From Nitrospirota bacterium (GTDB lineage Bacteria; Nitrospirota; UBA9217): 64,000 bases of DNA. Of the stretch, positions 35,391 through 45,113 are shown piece after piece; positions within the stretch are counted from its first letter, which is position 1; each line of letters opens with the position of its first letter. The stretch is from assembly GCA_963751455.1 (NCBI GenBank), contig CAVVUN010000012.1:1-64000 (forward strand), given 5' to 3'. The translations under genes were made by a program, and so were the position numbers. Below the pieces are notes generated by a model. It was not told the DNA's origin and made no database searches. It was given only the letters and a program-made list of their open reading frames with translations.

Positions 35391-36026
35391 ATGAGTTTTG
35401 TTAAAAACTGCTTCATTGCCTTAACGGTCATGCTGCTGCTCTTTTCTGCGCCTTGTTCCTATGCAAAGCCTAAAAAGACCGGCATCACGTCTCCCCGGAA
35501 ATCGTTGGAGTTGAAGCTGGATCTTCGTGATCAATGGGTAGAACATATCTTCTGGATCCGCAATGTAATTGTAACAACGAGGTTCGGCAACACCGAAGCT
35601 GCCATGACCGCAGAGGATATGGTCATGAAACATCAAAGGACGCTTGCCGATTCGATGACTGCGGTTTACGGGAAGGACCGGGCAGAGTTTTTTTTCGACC
35701 TGCTCGGCGTTCGTTTTGCAGCTATCAAGCAATATATGACCGCCGCTGCGAACCATGACAACCTTGCGCAAAACGCCGCGATATCCAGGATAAGGAAGAA
35801 TACGGAAGATATGACCTCATTTCTGGTTTCCGCCAATTCCGGCTGGTCGGCTCAAACAGTCCTGGGGCTGCTCATGGCGCAGGGCGGTCACCATATCACC
35901 GAGATAGATCAGATCCTGAGCGGCGACTTTTCTTCCGAGTCGCAGACCTGGGCCGCGCTGAAAAATACCGTCTATCTGATTGCCGATACCATGGCGGACG
36001 GCATGGTGAATAAAAGCGGCCGCTAA
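35391..36026 (+). CDS. Exported helical hypothetical protein
   Basis: Signal peptide; WVEHIFW and GGHH motifs; co-oriented in the cluster. Confidence 0.75.
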   Translation: MSFVKNCFIALTVMLLLFSAPCSYAKPKKTGITSPRKSLELKLDLRDQWVEHIFWIRNVIVTTRFGNTEAAMTAEDMVMKHQRTLADSMTAVYGKDRAEFFFDLLGVRFAAIKQYMTAAANHDNLAQNAAISRIRKNTEDMTSFLVSANSGWSAQTVLGLLMAQGGHHITEIDQILSGDFSSESQTWAALKNTVYLIADTMADGMVNKSGR

Positions 36027-36041
36027 AAAGGAGGTTCCGGC

Positions 36042-36650
36042 ATGCCATATACCGCAAAAGATTATTCAAAATTGATCGGAATGGAGGGCTTCAGTGAAGC
36101 GCTGCTTAAGAATCATTTCACCCTCTATCAGGGATACGTGACCAACACGAACAAAATTCTCGACATCCTGAACCGGATAATCAAGGCGAACGAGGTAAAC
36201 ACCCCGGAATATTCGGAGCTCAAACGCCGGCTCGGGTGGGAATTCGACGGGATGCGCCTGCATGAGCTGTATTTCGAGAACCTCGGGGGTAAATCGACGT
36301 TCAATAAGAACAGCGACCTTGCCCGGAAATTGAGCGTGGATTTCGGCAGCTTTGAAAACTGGGAAAATGATTTCAAAGCAACCGGCATGATACGAGGAAT
36401 AGGCTGGAGCATCCTGTATCAGGACACGGTGACCGGCAGCCTCTTCAATTTCTGGATCAACGAGCATGACGGCGGCCACCCGGCCGGATGCAGCCCGCTT
36501 CTGATCATGGACGTCTTCGAGCACGCGTTCATGAGCGACTACCAGTTGAAGAGGGCCGACTACATTCTCGCATTTATGAGAAATATAAATTGGACCCTGG
36601 TCGAGAGCAGGCTGGAGCTGTTTCAGCAGTTCATGAAAAAAGCAGGATAG
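36042..36650 (+). CDS. Fe/Mn superoxide dismutase family (ChrC-like variant)
   Basis: NHFTLYQGYV, RLHELYFENL, GIGW, MDVFEHAF (ligand set H, H, D, H). Confidence 0.9.
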   Translation: MPYTAKDYSKLIGMEGFSEALLKNHFTLYQGYVTNTNKILDILNRIIKANEVNTPEYSELKRRLGWEFDGMRLHELYFENLGGKSTFNKNSDLARKLSVDFGSFENWENDFKATGMIRGIGWSILYQDTVTGSLFNFWINEHDGGHPAGCSPLLIMDVFEHAFMSDYQLKRADYILAFMRNINWTLVESRLELFQQFMKKAG

Positions 36651-36752
36651 ACTCTTACATCCGCTCCCCGAGGCGGCGCAGGGACAGGGCTTCTCTTTGC
36701 TCCTGCAAACCTTGCCCGCCCCGGCGTTCGTTTTTTATATTAGGCGCATGAA

Positions 36753-37274
36753 ATGAAAAAAAGAGGAAAAAAGATTTTCAGCCTGCTGGCCGAGATGCTT
36801 GACTATCCCACGCAGCGAATCGCCGCACAGGCCCTAGAAGCGGCCCCAGCACTGGAGAGTGCGAACCCGGCCGCCAGGCCTCATATCGAGCGTTTCCTTC
36901 AATTTTGTCATGTGAACCCGCTGTCTCGTCTTGAGGAAATCTACATCCAGACGTTCGACCTGCAGGCAGCGTGCTGTCCCTCTGTGGGGCACCACTTGTT
37001 CGCGGAGGACCTCAGCCGCAGCCTCTTCATGGTGAAGATGAAGGAGCACTACGGCTCCCATGTTTCATATGGAAATGAGCCCCCTGATCATATCACGATC
37101 ATGCTGCGTTCTCTGGTCGTGCAGGATTCAGTCGAGGAAGCCCGCGACCTGATTTTTCTTTGTCTGGTGCCTGCTCTCAGAAAGATGATAGCTCTGTTGC
37201 CAGACAGCGGCAATCCGTACCGGGAAGTTATGAAAGCGGTTCTCCTGGCTCTTGAAACTGAAGCCGCGAACTAA
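36753..37274 (+). CDS. NarJ-like redox-enzyme maturation chaperone
   Basis: LLAEMLDYP, LEEIYIQTFDL, VGHHLFAED, EPPDHI, NPY. Confidence 0.82.
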   Translation: MKKRGKKIFSLLAEMLDYPTQRIAAQALEAAPALESANPAARPHIERFLQFCHVNPLSRLEEIYIQTFDLQAACCPSVGHHLFAEDLSRSLFMVKMKEHYGSHVSYGNEPPDHITIMLRSLVVQDSVEEARDLIFLCLVPALRKMIALLPDSGNPYREVMKAVLLALETEAAN

Positions 37275-37360
37275 TAGAGACGCATTTATTGTTACCTGTT
37301 TGTTGAATCGCTGATGCTTAAATCCCCTCTTAATCCCCCTTTTTCAAAGGGGGAGATCAT

Positions 37361-38647
37361 TGTGCAACATGCACATGGGTTACATTTTAACCTGTGGACA
37401 TGGGTTACACTTTTTTTAACTTAGGTTCCACTTTTCCGAGCTTGACGTCGAGTAAGCCGATAGGATGGAAACCGAAGCGAATTTCGTATTTCCCATCGGC
37501 GGTCTCGATGAGGCCGACTCTCGCTCCGGCCAGGAGCTCGGAGATGAAGTAGTAAGTTCTGTTAAACCGGATTTCGCCGTGAAGGCGGATCTTGCGGACC
37601 TTGATGCCATGATCGTACTCAGGTTCGCGGAGTTTTTCCGGGAACCTCCTGGGTGATGGTTCGTAAACGCTCGCGGGTGTCTTTTTATTGAGCGCCTCAT
37701 GCGGGCGGTCGTAATTGTACTCGTGCCGGAACTCATCGAACCGGATTTGCTGCCGGTTCATGTCCGACTCGGGCGGCTTGGTCGTATCCTGTTTCAGGGT
37801 TCGGTGCATCCGCTCGTGTCGCCCGTTCTGCTGGGGCTTGCCGGATTCTATCCGTTCCGGCCTGATACCGAGTTTGATGAGCCATACCGACAATCGGCTG
37901 AGGCCCGTTACCCCGCGTCCGGCAAACGGCGTCCCGTTGTCGGTACGGATCGCCTCCGGCAGGCCGAATTCGCGGAAAGCCCACTCGAACCATGGCTGGG
38001 TGTCCGCGTGACAAGGGGAATAAAGGCCCTTGCACGTAAGCAGGTAACGGCTCATGTTGTCGGTAATGGTCAAGGGATAGCACCATCGGCCGTCGCCTGT
38101 CTTGAACTGGCCCTTGTAGTCTGCGCTCCAGACCTTGTTTGGTGCATCGCAGGCCAGGAACGGCTCGCTGTATTTCGGCGTCTTCTTTCTCAGCCGCCGA
38201 CTCTTGACGAGGCCCCGCCGTTTGAGCCATTTCTCGGCGGTACAGACAGAGGGCCATTTAATCTGGGGCTCGTCCCGGTTTAAGAGGTCTAACAGCTTCT
38301 CGGGACCCCAGGTCATATGCAGCAGCTTTGCTTCAACCAGACGGTTGATGATTTCCTCATCGGTCTGGTTCGGGTGAACGATCGGACCCCGGCAAAGTTC
38401 TTTCAGGCCATCGAGGCCGAGCCTGTCGTAACGCTCGGTCCACTTATAAATGGTCTTGCGGCTTACTCCGTAGATCACCGACAGATCGGTGATACTGTAG
38501 CCGTTAAGCCAGTCGGCTATTAGCTTTAAACGCTCTTCCATGGGCTCCGTCTTTCTCCAGGGCATAGGATGATCCTCCTAGCCCTGCAGTTTAACGTGTT
38601 ACCCATGTCCATAGGTTAGTTTGTTACCTATGTTAGCAGGTTGTACC
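37361..38647 (-). mobile_element. IS481-family element inserted into a REP-like palindrome
   Basis: Imperfect IRs TGTGCAACATGC / GGTACAACCTGC with repeated ACAT(G/A)GGT(T/A)ACA motifs; CAT(T) duplicated on both sides. Confidence 0.85.
37405..38565 (-). CDS. IS481-family transposase (HTH plus integrase core)
   Basis: MPWRKT, WSADYKG, IRTDNGTPF, PQQNGRHERMHRTLK, YNYDRPHEAL. Confidence 0.95.
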   Translation of the reverse strand: MPWRKTEPMEERLKLIADWLNGYSITDLSVIYGVSRKTIYKWTERYDRLGLDGLKELCRGPIVHPNQTDEEIINRLVEAKLLHMTWGPEKLLDLLNRDEPQIKWPSVCTAEKWLKRRGLVKSRRLRKKTPKYSEPFLACDAPNKVWSADYKGQFKTGDGRWCYPLTITDNMSRYLLTCKGLYSPCHADTQPWFEWAFREFGLPEAIRTDNGTPFAGRGVTGLSRLSVWLIKLGIRPERIESGKPQQNGRHERMHRTLKQDTTKPPESDMNRQQIRFDEFRHEYNYDRPHEALNKKTPASVYEPSPRRFPEKLREPEYDHGIKVRKIRLHGEIRFNRTYYFISELLAGARVGLIETADGKYEIRFGFHPIGLLDVKLGKVEPKLKKV

Positions 38648-38763
38648 CATTTTACTCCCCTCTTTGGAAAAGAGGGGCCAGGGGAGATTAACACAAATTA
38701 ATACGTTTGCTTTAGAAACGAACGCCGTTTAGACATCATTGCAGGAACAACACGGAAAACGGT

Positions 38764-39192
38764 ATGAATGAACAACTCGAATCGAGCATCACTGCCGAGG
38801 TCGTAATCTGTGCACTGATATGCATGCTTTTCCCCGGGTGCGGAAGCGAATCAGCGTCCTCTTCCCTGGTCGGGCAGAAAGTCGTCTGGGAAGGCAGCAT
38901 CGACGACCGTCTCGACGATAAGGCCGTTTTTGATCGGACAGTCGCCTGCCTCAATCAGCACTTCGGCATCCAGGAGCCGAAGCCCCATCCCAGGCTCGTC
39001 CTCCTGAACGGTGAATTCATGGTGCAGGGCGAGGGTCCCTACGACGGATACATTTTATTCGAGCCGAACATTATGTACGTGAGAAGCTCAAACCGTGAGC
39101 CATGGATCGTTTGTCATGAGACAATTCATTGGATGTATCAGGTCGGAGACTCGCTTCATGGCACCGAACCGTACTACGTGTGCCAGCAGTAG
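38764..39192 (+). CDS. Hypothetical lipoprotein with an HExxH motif
   Basis: Hydrophobic stretch plus LFPGC lipobox; HETIH. Confidence 0.55.
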   Translation: MNEQLESSITAEVVICALICMLFPGCGSESASSSLVGQKVVWEGSIDDRLDDKAVFDRTVACLNQHFGIQEPKPHPRLVLLNGEFMVQGEGPYDGYILFEPNIMYVRSSNREPWIVCHETIHWMYQVGDSLHGTEPYYVCQQ

Positions 39193-39471
39193 AGAAAGCC
39201 CTTCCGGTCAAGCGTCAACAAGGCGGTTCCTGCTCCGAATGTGAAGGCGCTGCCGCAGTTGCCTGATTTGTTTCTTCGGGCTGCTGTTCATTCCTCCGAT
39301 GCTTTCAGAATCTGATTATACAACCCGATGATGACGACGATAGGATCACCTTTGTATCTAAATTGACAAATGATTATTTGGTGATATGTTCAAAATATGA
39401 TTTTCTTTTGATAAATCAGGTTTCCTGGCCCACGCGTTGAATATGCACATTTTTTGGATCAGGGAGGGCGC

Positions 39472-39852
39472 ATGATTAAAACGCCGATCGGCAGCAAGTT
39501 GTGGGCGATTGCTGAGGGATATATACCGGCATGGAGCCACGGTCCTGAACCGGAAATGATCAGTCACGAGACCGCATACATCCTGAACTCCTCAGACCTT
39601 ACCGCCCATATCGAGATCACGATCTATTACAGCAACAGAGAACCATCCGGACCATACAAATTCGTTGTGCCTCCACGGCGGACCAACCATATCAGGTTCA
39701 ACGATCTGCAGGACCCGGAGCCGATCCCGAGGGCCACAGAGTATGCATCCGTGATCGAATCCGATGTGCCTGTTGTCGTCCAGTTTACCAGGCTCGATTC
39801 CCGGCAGGCGGAGAACGCGCTGATAAGTACCATTGCGTATGCGGCCGCATAA
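39472..39852 (+). CDS. Sensory rhodopsin transducer (ASRT) family protein
   Basis: IGSKLWAIAEGYIP, SHET, RTNHIRFNDL, ESDVPVVVQFTRLDSRQAENAL. Confidence 0.9.
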   Translation: MIKTPIGSKLWAIAEGYIPAWSHGPEPEMISHETAYILNSSDLTAHIEITIYYSNREPSGPYKFVVPPRRTNHIRFNDLQDPEPIPRATEYASVIESDVPVVVQFTRLDSRQAENALISTIAYAAA

Positions 39853-39883
39853 CGAACACAATTTCGAAATCCTCTTTAAAACT

Positions 39884-40190
39884 TGCCACAGAGAACACAG
39901 AGATTACCGGTGAACAATTCATGACTATGAGTGCCTTTTACGCTTTTTCCGTGAAGCCTCTGTGAACTCTGTGGCAGAGGATATTTTTTTTGCCCTTGAT
40001 TCCCGTCTCGCGATTCACAGCGAGATGGTACGACAATGAGTCTAAGTATTGAGGCATCGCGAATCTCGCAGCAATGCTTTCGCGGATTACGACGCATACC
40101 TCCCCGGCTCTGACGGGGGCAATGGATGTAGTCCGCGGGAGGTCGCGTTTTTAAAGGGAGCCTCCGGCTCCTGCCGGACGCCTCACCCAA
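39884..40190. repeat. CACAGAG palindrome (39884-39976), module B (39992-40051) and rearranged module D (40081-40190)
   Basis: GCCACAGAGAACACAGAG...CTCTGTGAACTCTGTGGC; GCCCTTGATTCCCGTCTCGC...TAAGTATTG is shared with 27297 and 32960. Confidence 0.75.
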
Positions 40191-40201
40191 GAGATCGATC
40201 T

Positions 40202-43084
40202 ATGAAATTTTCACGACGCATGTTTATGAAGCTTGCCGCCGTCGGAGGGGCGTCGTTTGCGACCGAGAAGGGCATGAAAAAAATAGGCAAACTTGTGCCC
40301 TATGTCGTCCCGCCGGAAAAATTTTCACCCGTAGAAGGGAAGACTCTGGCGACAACCTGCAGGGAATGTCCGGCCGGCTGCGGCATGCATGTGCGGCACA
40401 TCAATGGAAGGATCACGAAAGCGGAAGGCAACCCGGAGCACCCGGTCAACCGCGGCGGTTTGTGTCCTCGCGGCCAATCCGCGCTCCAGGGCGTCTACGA
40501 CCCGGACCGCGTCAAAGAGGTACAGACCAGGGAAAAGGCCGGACCGTTCCGGCAGGAACGGCGTGATAGAGCCCTTGCCCGCATCGGAGAACGGATCGGG
40601 AAGGCAAACGGCCGCATTGCCCTCATAAGCAGGCTCGAAACCGGCACGCTCTCCGAGATACTTTCTTCCTTCATTTCGGGTTTTGGATCTGACCGGATTC
40701 TATTTTATGAGCCGTTTCATTACGGGCCTCTTCGCAAGGCTCATGCAGCGGTTCACGGCCTCGCGCAAATCCCGTCGTATCGTCTCGATCAATGCGATTA
40801 CATTCTCAGTTTCGCAGCCGACTTTCTCGAATCCTGGATATCCAATGTTCAATTCGGATATGAATTTTCAAATATGCATGCGCTCAAGAGCGGCAAAATC
40901 GGCCGCTTCGATTATGTCGGCCCGCGGCTGTCGATGACGGCCGCGAATGCGGATAGATTCATACCTGTCTTCCCGGGACGGGAAAAGGACGTGGCGCTCG
41001 CCATGCTCAGGATCCAGTCTGATGAAAATATGCTGCGCACAGGAACCGCTCTTATCAGGCCGCTCGTCGCAAATGTTGATGTCCGTTCCGTGGTATCTTC
41101 GTCTCTTTCTTACGAAGACCTCCGGCTAATGGCCCGCCGCTTCGTACAATCCCGTTCTGTTGCGCTCGCCTGCCCGGTAGGCGCCGTTGGCCGTGAAGCG
41201 GAAGAGCTGGCAATCGCCGCGGCATTATTGAACTTTGCCTCAGGGAGCACGGGGAACAGTGTCGATTTTTCACGGCCTCACGCCCTGTCCGGCGCGGCCG
41301 ATGAAGACGAGTTCAACGCTTTTTTAAAAAGCATCACTCCCGATGATGTACTCATCGTCCACAAGACGAACCCGGTCTACACCAGGCCCGGATCCGAGGA
41401 GTATCTCAAAAATGCAGGCCTGATCGTTTACCTTGGGACGATGATGGATGAAACAGCAGGCATCGCTGATTGGGTGCTGCCGGTCAATGACGACCTGGAA
41501 TCCTGGGGCGACTATGAGCCTTGGGCGGGTGTTCAAAGTCTTCTGCAGCCTACCATGACACCTTTAGGCGATTCGATGGCTGCCGGTGACACTTTCATAA
41601 GAATTGCGTCCTCAGCTCAAAAAGTACTGAGAAGAAAACCGGACGGTTCCGCGATTGAAACCACCTATGATTGGCTTCGGGAGCGTTGGCGTTCCCGGTA
41701 TCCTTCGGCCAGTTGGGAAGAATTCGTAAGGAACGGGGGATCCTGGTCCTCATCCAGACCGGGAAAAGCAAAGTCAGCAGCGCCGGTACCCGGGAAGGAA
41801 ATAACTCTTCCTGCCGGTAAGCCGGCACCGCAGCTGAAGGAGCATGAAGCACTCCTCTGGCTCTGGTCTTCCGTAATGCTCTTTGACGGCCGGACTGCCA
41901 ACCGGGGGTGGCTTCAGGAGGCGCCCGAACCAATAAGCACAATCACCTGGGGCAATTGGATAGATCTGCATCCTAAGAAGGCAGAGCTGCTGAAAATCCG
42001 GACAGGTGACGTCATTGAGCTCGCAACGCATGACGGCCGGTCCATCCAGGCCCCGGCACGGGTAACCGAAGATGTGGCCGAGGAGGTTGCGGCTGTTTGC
42101 TTCGGCCAGGGCCATTCACAGGGGTCTACCGCCGCCAATGTCGGGGTAAATGCCTTTAAACTTTTATCCCGGGGTGAGTCGCTTGACGGCTCTTTCGGCC
42201 GTGTCAAAATCCGCAAAACCGGGCGTCCGGAAGAACTGGCCCAAAGCATGACCACCCGGGACCAGCATGACCGTGAGCTCCTGCAATGGAAGCATCTCGA
42301 TGAGGCCGGTTCCATGAAGCCGGGGCCGCTGACCCTTCCCCTTGAAGAAAGTTATGCAAAGGGACGCGACCTGTATAAGCCTCATGAACATAAAAAACAC
42401 CGCTGGGCCATGACCATCGACCTCCAGCGCTGCATCGGGTGTGGAGCGTGCGCTGTTGCCTGCTACGCTGAGAATAATATTCCGGTTGTTGGCAGAAAAC
42501 AGGTCATGAAAGGAAGGCATCTGCCCTGGCTCAGGGTAGTGCCGTATCGTCTTAACGACCCTCCGCACAGGATCGCCTGGCTGCCGATGCTCTGCCAGCA
42601 CTGCGATCAGGCGCCGTGCGAACCGGTCTGCCCGGTCTTTGCCGCTGCTCATAACGAGGAAGGACTGAACGCCCAGATTTACAACCGGTGCATAGGAACG
42701 AGGTACTGTTCCAATAACTGTCCGTACAAGGTGCGCCGGTTCAACTGGGTCAACATCGTGTGGGATAAATCGCTTACACGGCAGCTGAATCCGGAAGTGA
42801 CGGTCCGCGTCCGCGGGGTCATGGAAAAATGTACGTTCTGCGTGCAGCGCATCCGGAGCGCAGAGTATCGGGCAAAGCTCGAAAACAGGAAGGTCCGCGA
42901 TGGTGAAATTACGCCTGCATGCGCGCAGACCTGCCCGGCCAAGGTCTTCACGTTCGGGGACCTGCTGGATCCTGAATCGGCTGTCAGTAAAATCACGAGG
43001 AATGACCCAAGGCGCTACCATGTGCTGGAGGAACTGAATACGAAGCCGGCGATCACGTATCTGTACAGGATTTTGCAGGAATAG
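40202..43084 (+). CDS. actB: Alternative complex III subunit ActB (Tat-exported molybdopterin-oxidoreductase fold fused to an Fe-S domain)
   Basis: Tat SRRMFMK; CRECPAGC...LCPRG; C-terminal CIGCGACAVAC, CQHCDQAPCEPVCP, CIGTRYCSNNCP, KCTFC...PACAQTCP. Confidence 0.88.
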   Translation: MKFSRRMFMKLAAVGGASFATEKGMKKIGKLVPYVVPPEKFSPVEGKTLATTCRECPAGCGMHVRHINGRITKAEGNPEHPVNRGGLCPRGQSALQGVYDPDRVKEVQTREKAGPFRQERRDRALARIGERIGKANGRIALISRLETGTLSEILSSFISGFGSDRILFYEPFHYGPLRKAHAAVHGLAQIPSYRLDQCDYILSFAADFLESWISNVQFGYEFSNMHALKSGKIGRFDYVGPRLSMTAANADRFIPVFPGREKDVALAMLRIQSDENMLRTGTALIRPLVANVDVRSVVSSSLSYEDLRLMARRFVQSRSVALACPVGAVGREAEELAIAAALLNFASGSTGNSVDFSRPHALSGAADEDEFNAFLKSITPDDVLIVHKTNPVYTRPGSEEYLKNAGLIVYLGTMMDETAGIADWVLPVNDDLESWGDYEPWAGVQSLLQPTMTPLGDSMAAGDTFIRIASSAQKVLRRKPDGSAIETTYDWLRERWRSRYPSASWEEFVRNGGSWSSSRPGKAKSAAPVPGKEITLPAGKPAPQLKEHEALLWLWSSVMLFDGRTANRGWLQEAPEPISTITWGNWIDLHPKKAELLKIRTGDVIELATHDGRSIQAPARVTEDVAEEVAAVCFGQGHSQGSTAANVGVNAFKLLSRGESLDGSFGRVKIRKTGRPEELAQSMTTRDQHDRELLQWKHLDEAGSMKPGPLTLPLEESYAKGRDLYKPHEHKKHRWAMTIDLQRCIGCGACAVACYAENNIPVVGRKQVMKGRHLPWLRVVPYRLNDPPHRIAWLPMLCQHCDQAPCEPVCPVFAAAHNEEGLNAQIYNRCIGTRYCSNNCPYKVRRFNWVNIVWDKSLTRQLNPEVTVRVRGVMEKCTFCVQRIRSAEYRAKLENRKVRDGEITPACAQTCPAKVFTFGDLLDPESAVSKITRNDPRRYHVLEELNTKPAITYLYRILQE

Positions 43085-43099
43085 AATGAAGATCGGTTC

Positions 43100-43200
43100 T
43101 TATCCGCAGATTTCGCAGATGACGCAGATTTTTTAAAATACCTTTATAACAAAGCGCTTCTCCGGATTAAATCTGAGAAATCTGCGCAATCTGCGGATAA
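43100..43200. repeat. ATCCGCAGATT-type bipartite palindrome
   Basis: TTATCCGCAGATTTCGCAGATGACGCAGATT ... AATCTGCGCAATCTGCGGATAA. Confidence 0.88.
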
Positions 43201-43217
43201 GGCTCTTACATAAAGAT

Positions 43218-45095
43218 ATGTCCCAATTATCCTATTCACAAATAGACGACAAGGTCCTGAAGGCAACGGAGCGTCCGCCCTTCATGTACTTCATCGTCCT
43301 GCTTCTTCTGGGAGCCGGCATAACTCTGGCCGCAGGACTCTGGATGTACCAGGTGAAGTATGGCATGGGCGCCGCAAACATCCATCAGCCCATCGATTGG
43401 GGTGTGTATATCGCCAACTTCGTGTTCTGGGTCGGAATCGCGCACTCAGGCACGCTCATTTCCGCGATCCTCTACCTCCTCCGGGCAAAATGGCGCGATT
43501 CCGTGTCGCGCGCCACCGAGGCAATGACCATCTTTGCGATCATGACCGCCGGCCTGTTCCCCATGGTTCATATGGGCAGGTTGTGGGTCATTTATTACAT
43601 CCTGCCGTATCCCAGTCAGCGCCAGCTCTGGCCCAACTTCATCAGTCCTCTGCTCTGGGACGTTCTGGCCATCAGCACCTATTTGACCGTCAGCATAATT
43701 TTTTTCTTCATCGGGCTGCTGCCGGATCTCGCATCCTTTCGCGACAGATGCGAGGTGACGCTTGGCCGCAATCACTGGAAATCGAGACTCTATCGCTTAC
43801 TCTCTGCAGGCTGGTCCGGGGCCGGCGGGCAGTGGCGGCACTATGGCCGCAGCTATCTCTATTTCGCAGCTCTTGCCACGCCGCTCGTGGTATCGGTGCA
43901 TTCCATTGTTTCATGGGATTTCGCCATGAGTCTGCTCCCGGGATGGCACACCACGCTTTTTGCCCCCTATTTCGTTGCAGGCGCAATCCATTCAGGCCTT
44001 GCCCTCGCGCTCGTTCTTCTGATTCCGTTGCGAAGTCTTCTGAATCTCAAAGAGATCATTAAGATAGATCATCTTGAAGCCGTTGCAAAAACAATACTGG
44101 TTACCACCGCAATCATCGCCTACTCGTATGCACTCGAGCCGTTTATAGCCTGGTACAGCGGCAATGTCTTCGAATCACAGTACATGAGCTATCTTGCGTT
44201 CGGTGGCATGGCGCCGGTGTACTGGTCTCTGTTCTTTTTCAATATCCTGGCGCCCCTGGCTTTCGTTCTGAAATTCGTACGCCGCAGCACCTATACGCTT
44301 TTCGCGATCGGCATCCTGGTCAACATCGGTATGTGGATCGAACGCGTCATGATCGTTACGTCAGCCACGGGACACGACTTCCTGCCGCACAACTGGTCAA
44401 CGTACTTTCCGAACATGATCGAAATCGGCATTACGACCGGATCCTTCTGTTTCTTTTTCTTCTTCTATCTGCTGTTCGCAAAGCTGCTTCCTGCGGTTCC
44501 AAGCACCGATCTGAAAGCAGCGGTTGAAGAAATGGAAACTGAGCACGTTGTCGTTGAAGAGATTTTTGCACCCGATCAAAAAACAAGCGGCGCAACAGCC
44601 GCGACAATTACGGGACGCTATGCCGATGCCCGCGCTTTGATCGAAGCAGCAAAGAAACTGAAAACAGCCGGATACCACCAAATGGATTTTTTTTCACCGG
44701 TCAGGATTGTTAAACTTGAGCGTTTGCTCGGTTATCGCCCGAGTCCTGTCCGATTCTGGACGCTCGCCGGCGCCCTCACGGGACTGATCGGCGGGTATTT
44801 TCTGGCTGCCGGAACGGCCCTTGTGAATAGTATCATCATAGGAGGCAAGCACCCGGTCTCCCTTATTCCGTACAGTGTCATAGGGTTCGAAGGGATGATC
44901 CTGATAGGCTCAATCGCCAACTTCCTCGGTTTTTTATTTTACACCAGGCACTATCGTCGCGAAAAAGTAACGTATGATCCGAGATACAGCCGCAATATGT
45001 TCGCCCTCGTGGTCTCCTGCAATCGGGACGAGGCAGACAAGCTGAATCCGATAGTTGCTCAAACTAATCCGGAGGAGACGCATACTCTGGGTTGA
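43218..45095 (+). CDS. ActC (NrfD/PsrC quinol-binding subunit) fused to an ActD (DUF3341)-like domain
   Basis: FVFWVGIAHSGTLISAIL, HMGR, SPLLWD, SVHSIVSWDF; C-terminal FFSP...SPVRFWTLAGALTG...GGKHP...FEGMIL. Confidence 0.85.
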   Translation: MSQLSYSQIDDKVLKATERPPFMYFIVLLLLGAGITLAAGLWMYQVKYGMGAANIHQPIDWGVYIANFVFWVGIAHSGTLISAILYLLRAKWRDSVSRATEAMTIFAIMTAGLFPMVHMGRLWVIYYILPYPSQRQLWPNFISPLLWDVLAISTYLTVSIIFFFIGLLPDLASFRDRCEVTLGRNHWKSRLYRLLSAGWSGAGGQWRHYGRSYLYFAALATPLVVSVHSIVSWDFAMSLLPGWHTTLFAPYFVAGAIHSGLALALVLLIPLRSLLNLKEIIKIDHLEAVAKTILVTTAIIAYSYALEPFIAWYSGNVFESQYMSYLAFGGMAPVYWSLFFFNILAPLAFVLKFVRRSTYTLFAIGILVNIGMWIERVMIVTSATGHDFLPHNWSTYFPNMIEIGITTGSFCFFFFFYLLFAKLLPAVPSTDLKAAVEEMETEHVVVEEIFAPDQKTSGATAATITGRYADARALIEAAKKLKTAGYHQMDFFSPVRIVKLERLLGYRPSPVRFWTLAGALTGLIGGYFLAAGTALVNSIIIGGKHPVSLIPYSVIGFEGMILIGSIANFLGFLFYTRHYRREKVTYDPRYSRNMFALVVSCNRDEADKLNPIVAQTNPEETHTLG

Positions 45096-45113
45096 TGTGA
45101 TAAAAATCTCTGG

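Noticed and set aside
40049-40201. N-terminal extension of ActB in the ORF track (likewise ribF 8010-8168, 27354-27425, folB 33098-33211)
   Set aside because: The extensions run through repeat or intergenic DNA; family motifs and the Tat signal start at the downstream ATG.
40202-43084. Nitrate reductase NarG call prompted by the nearby narJ
   Set aside because: The fused four-cluster domain and the NrfD/ActF/pentaheme partners fit ACIII, not NarGHI.
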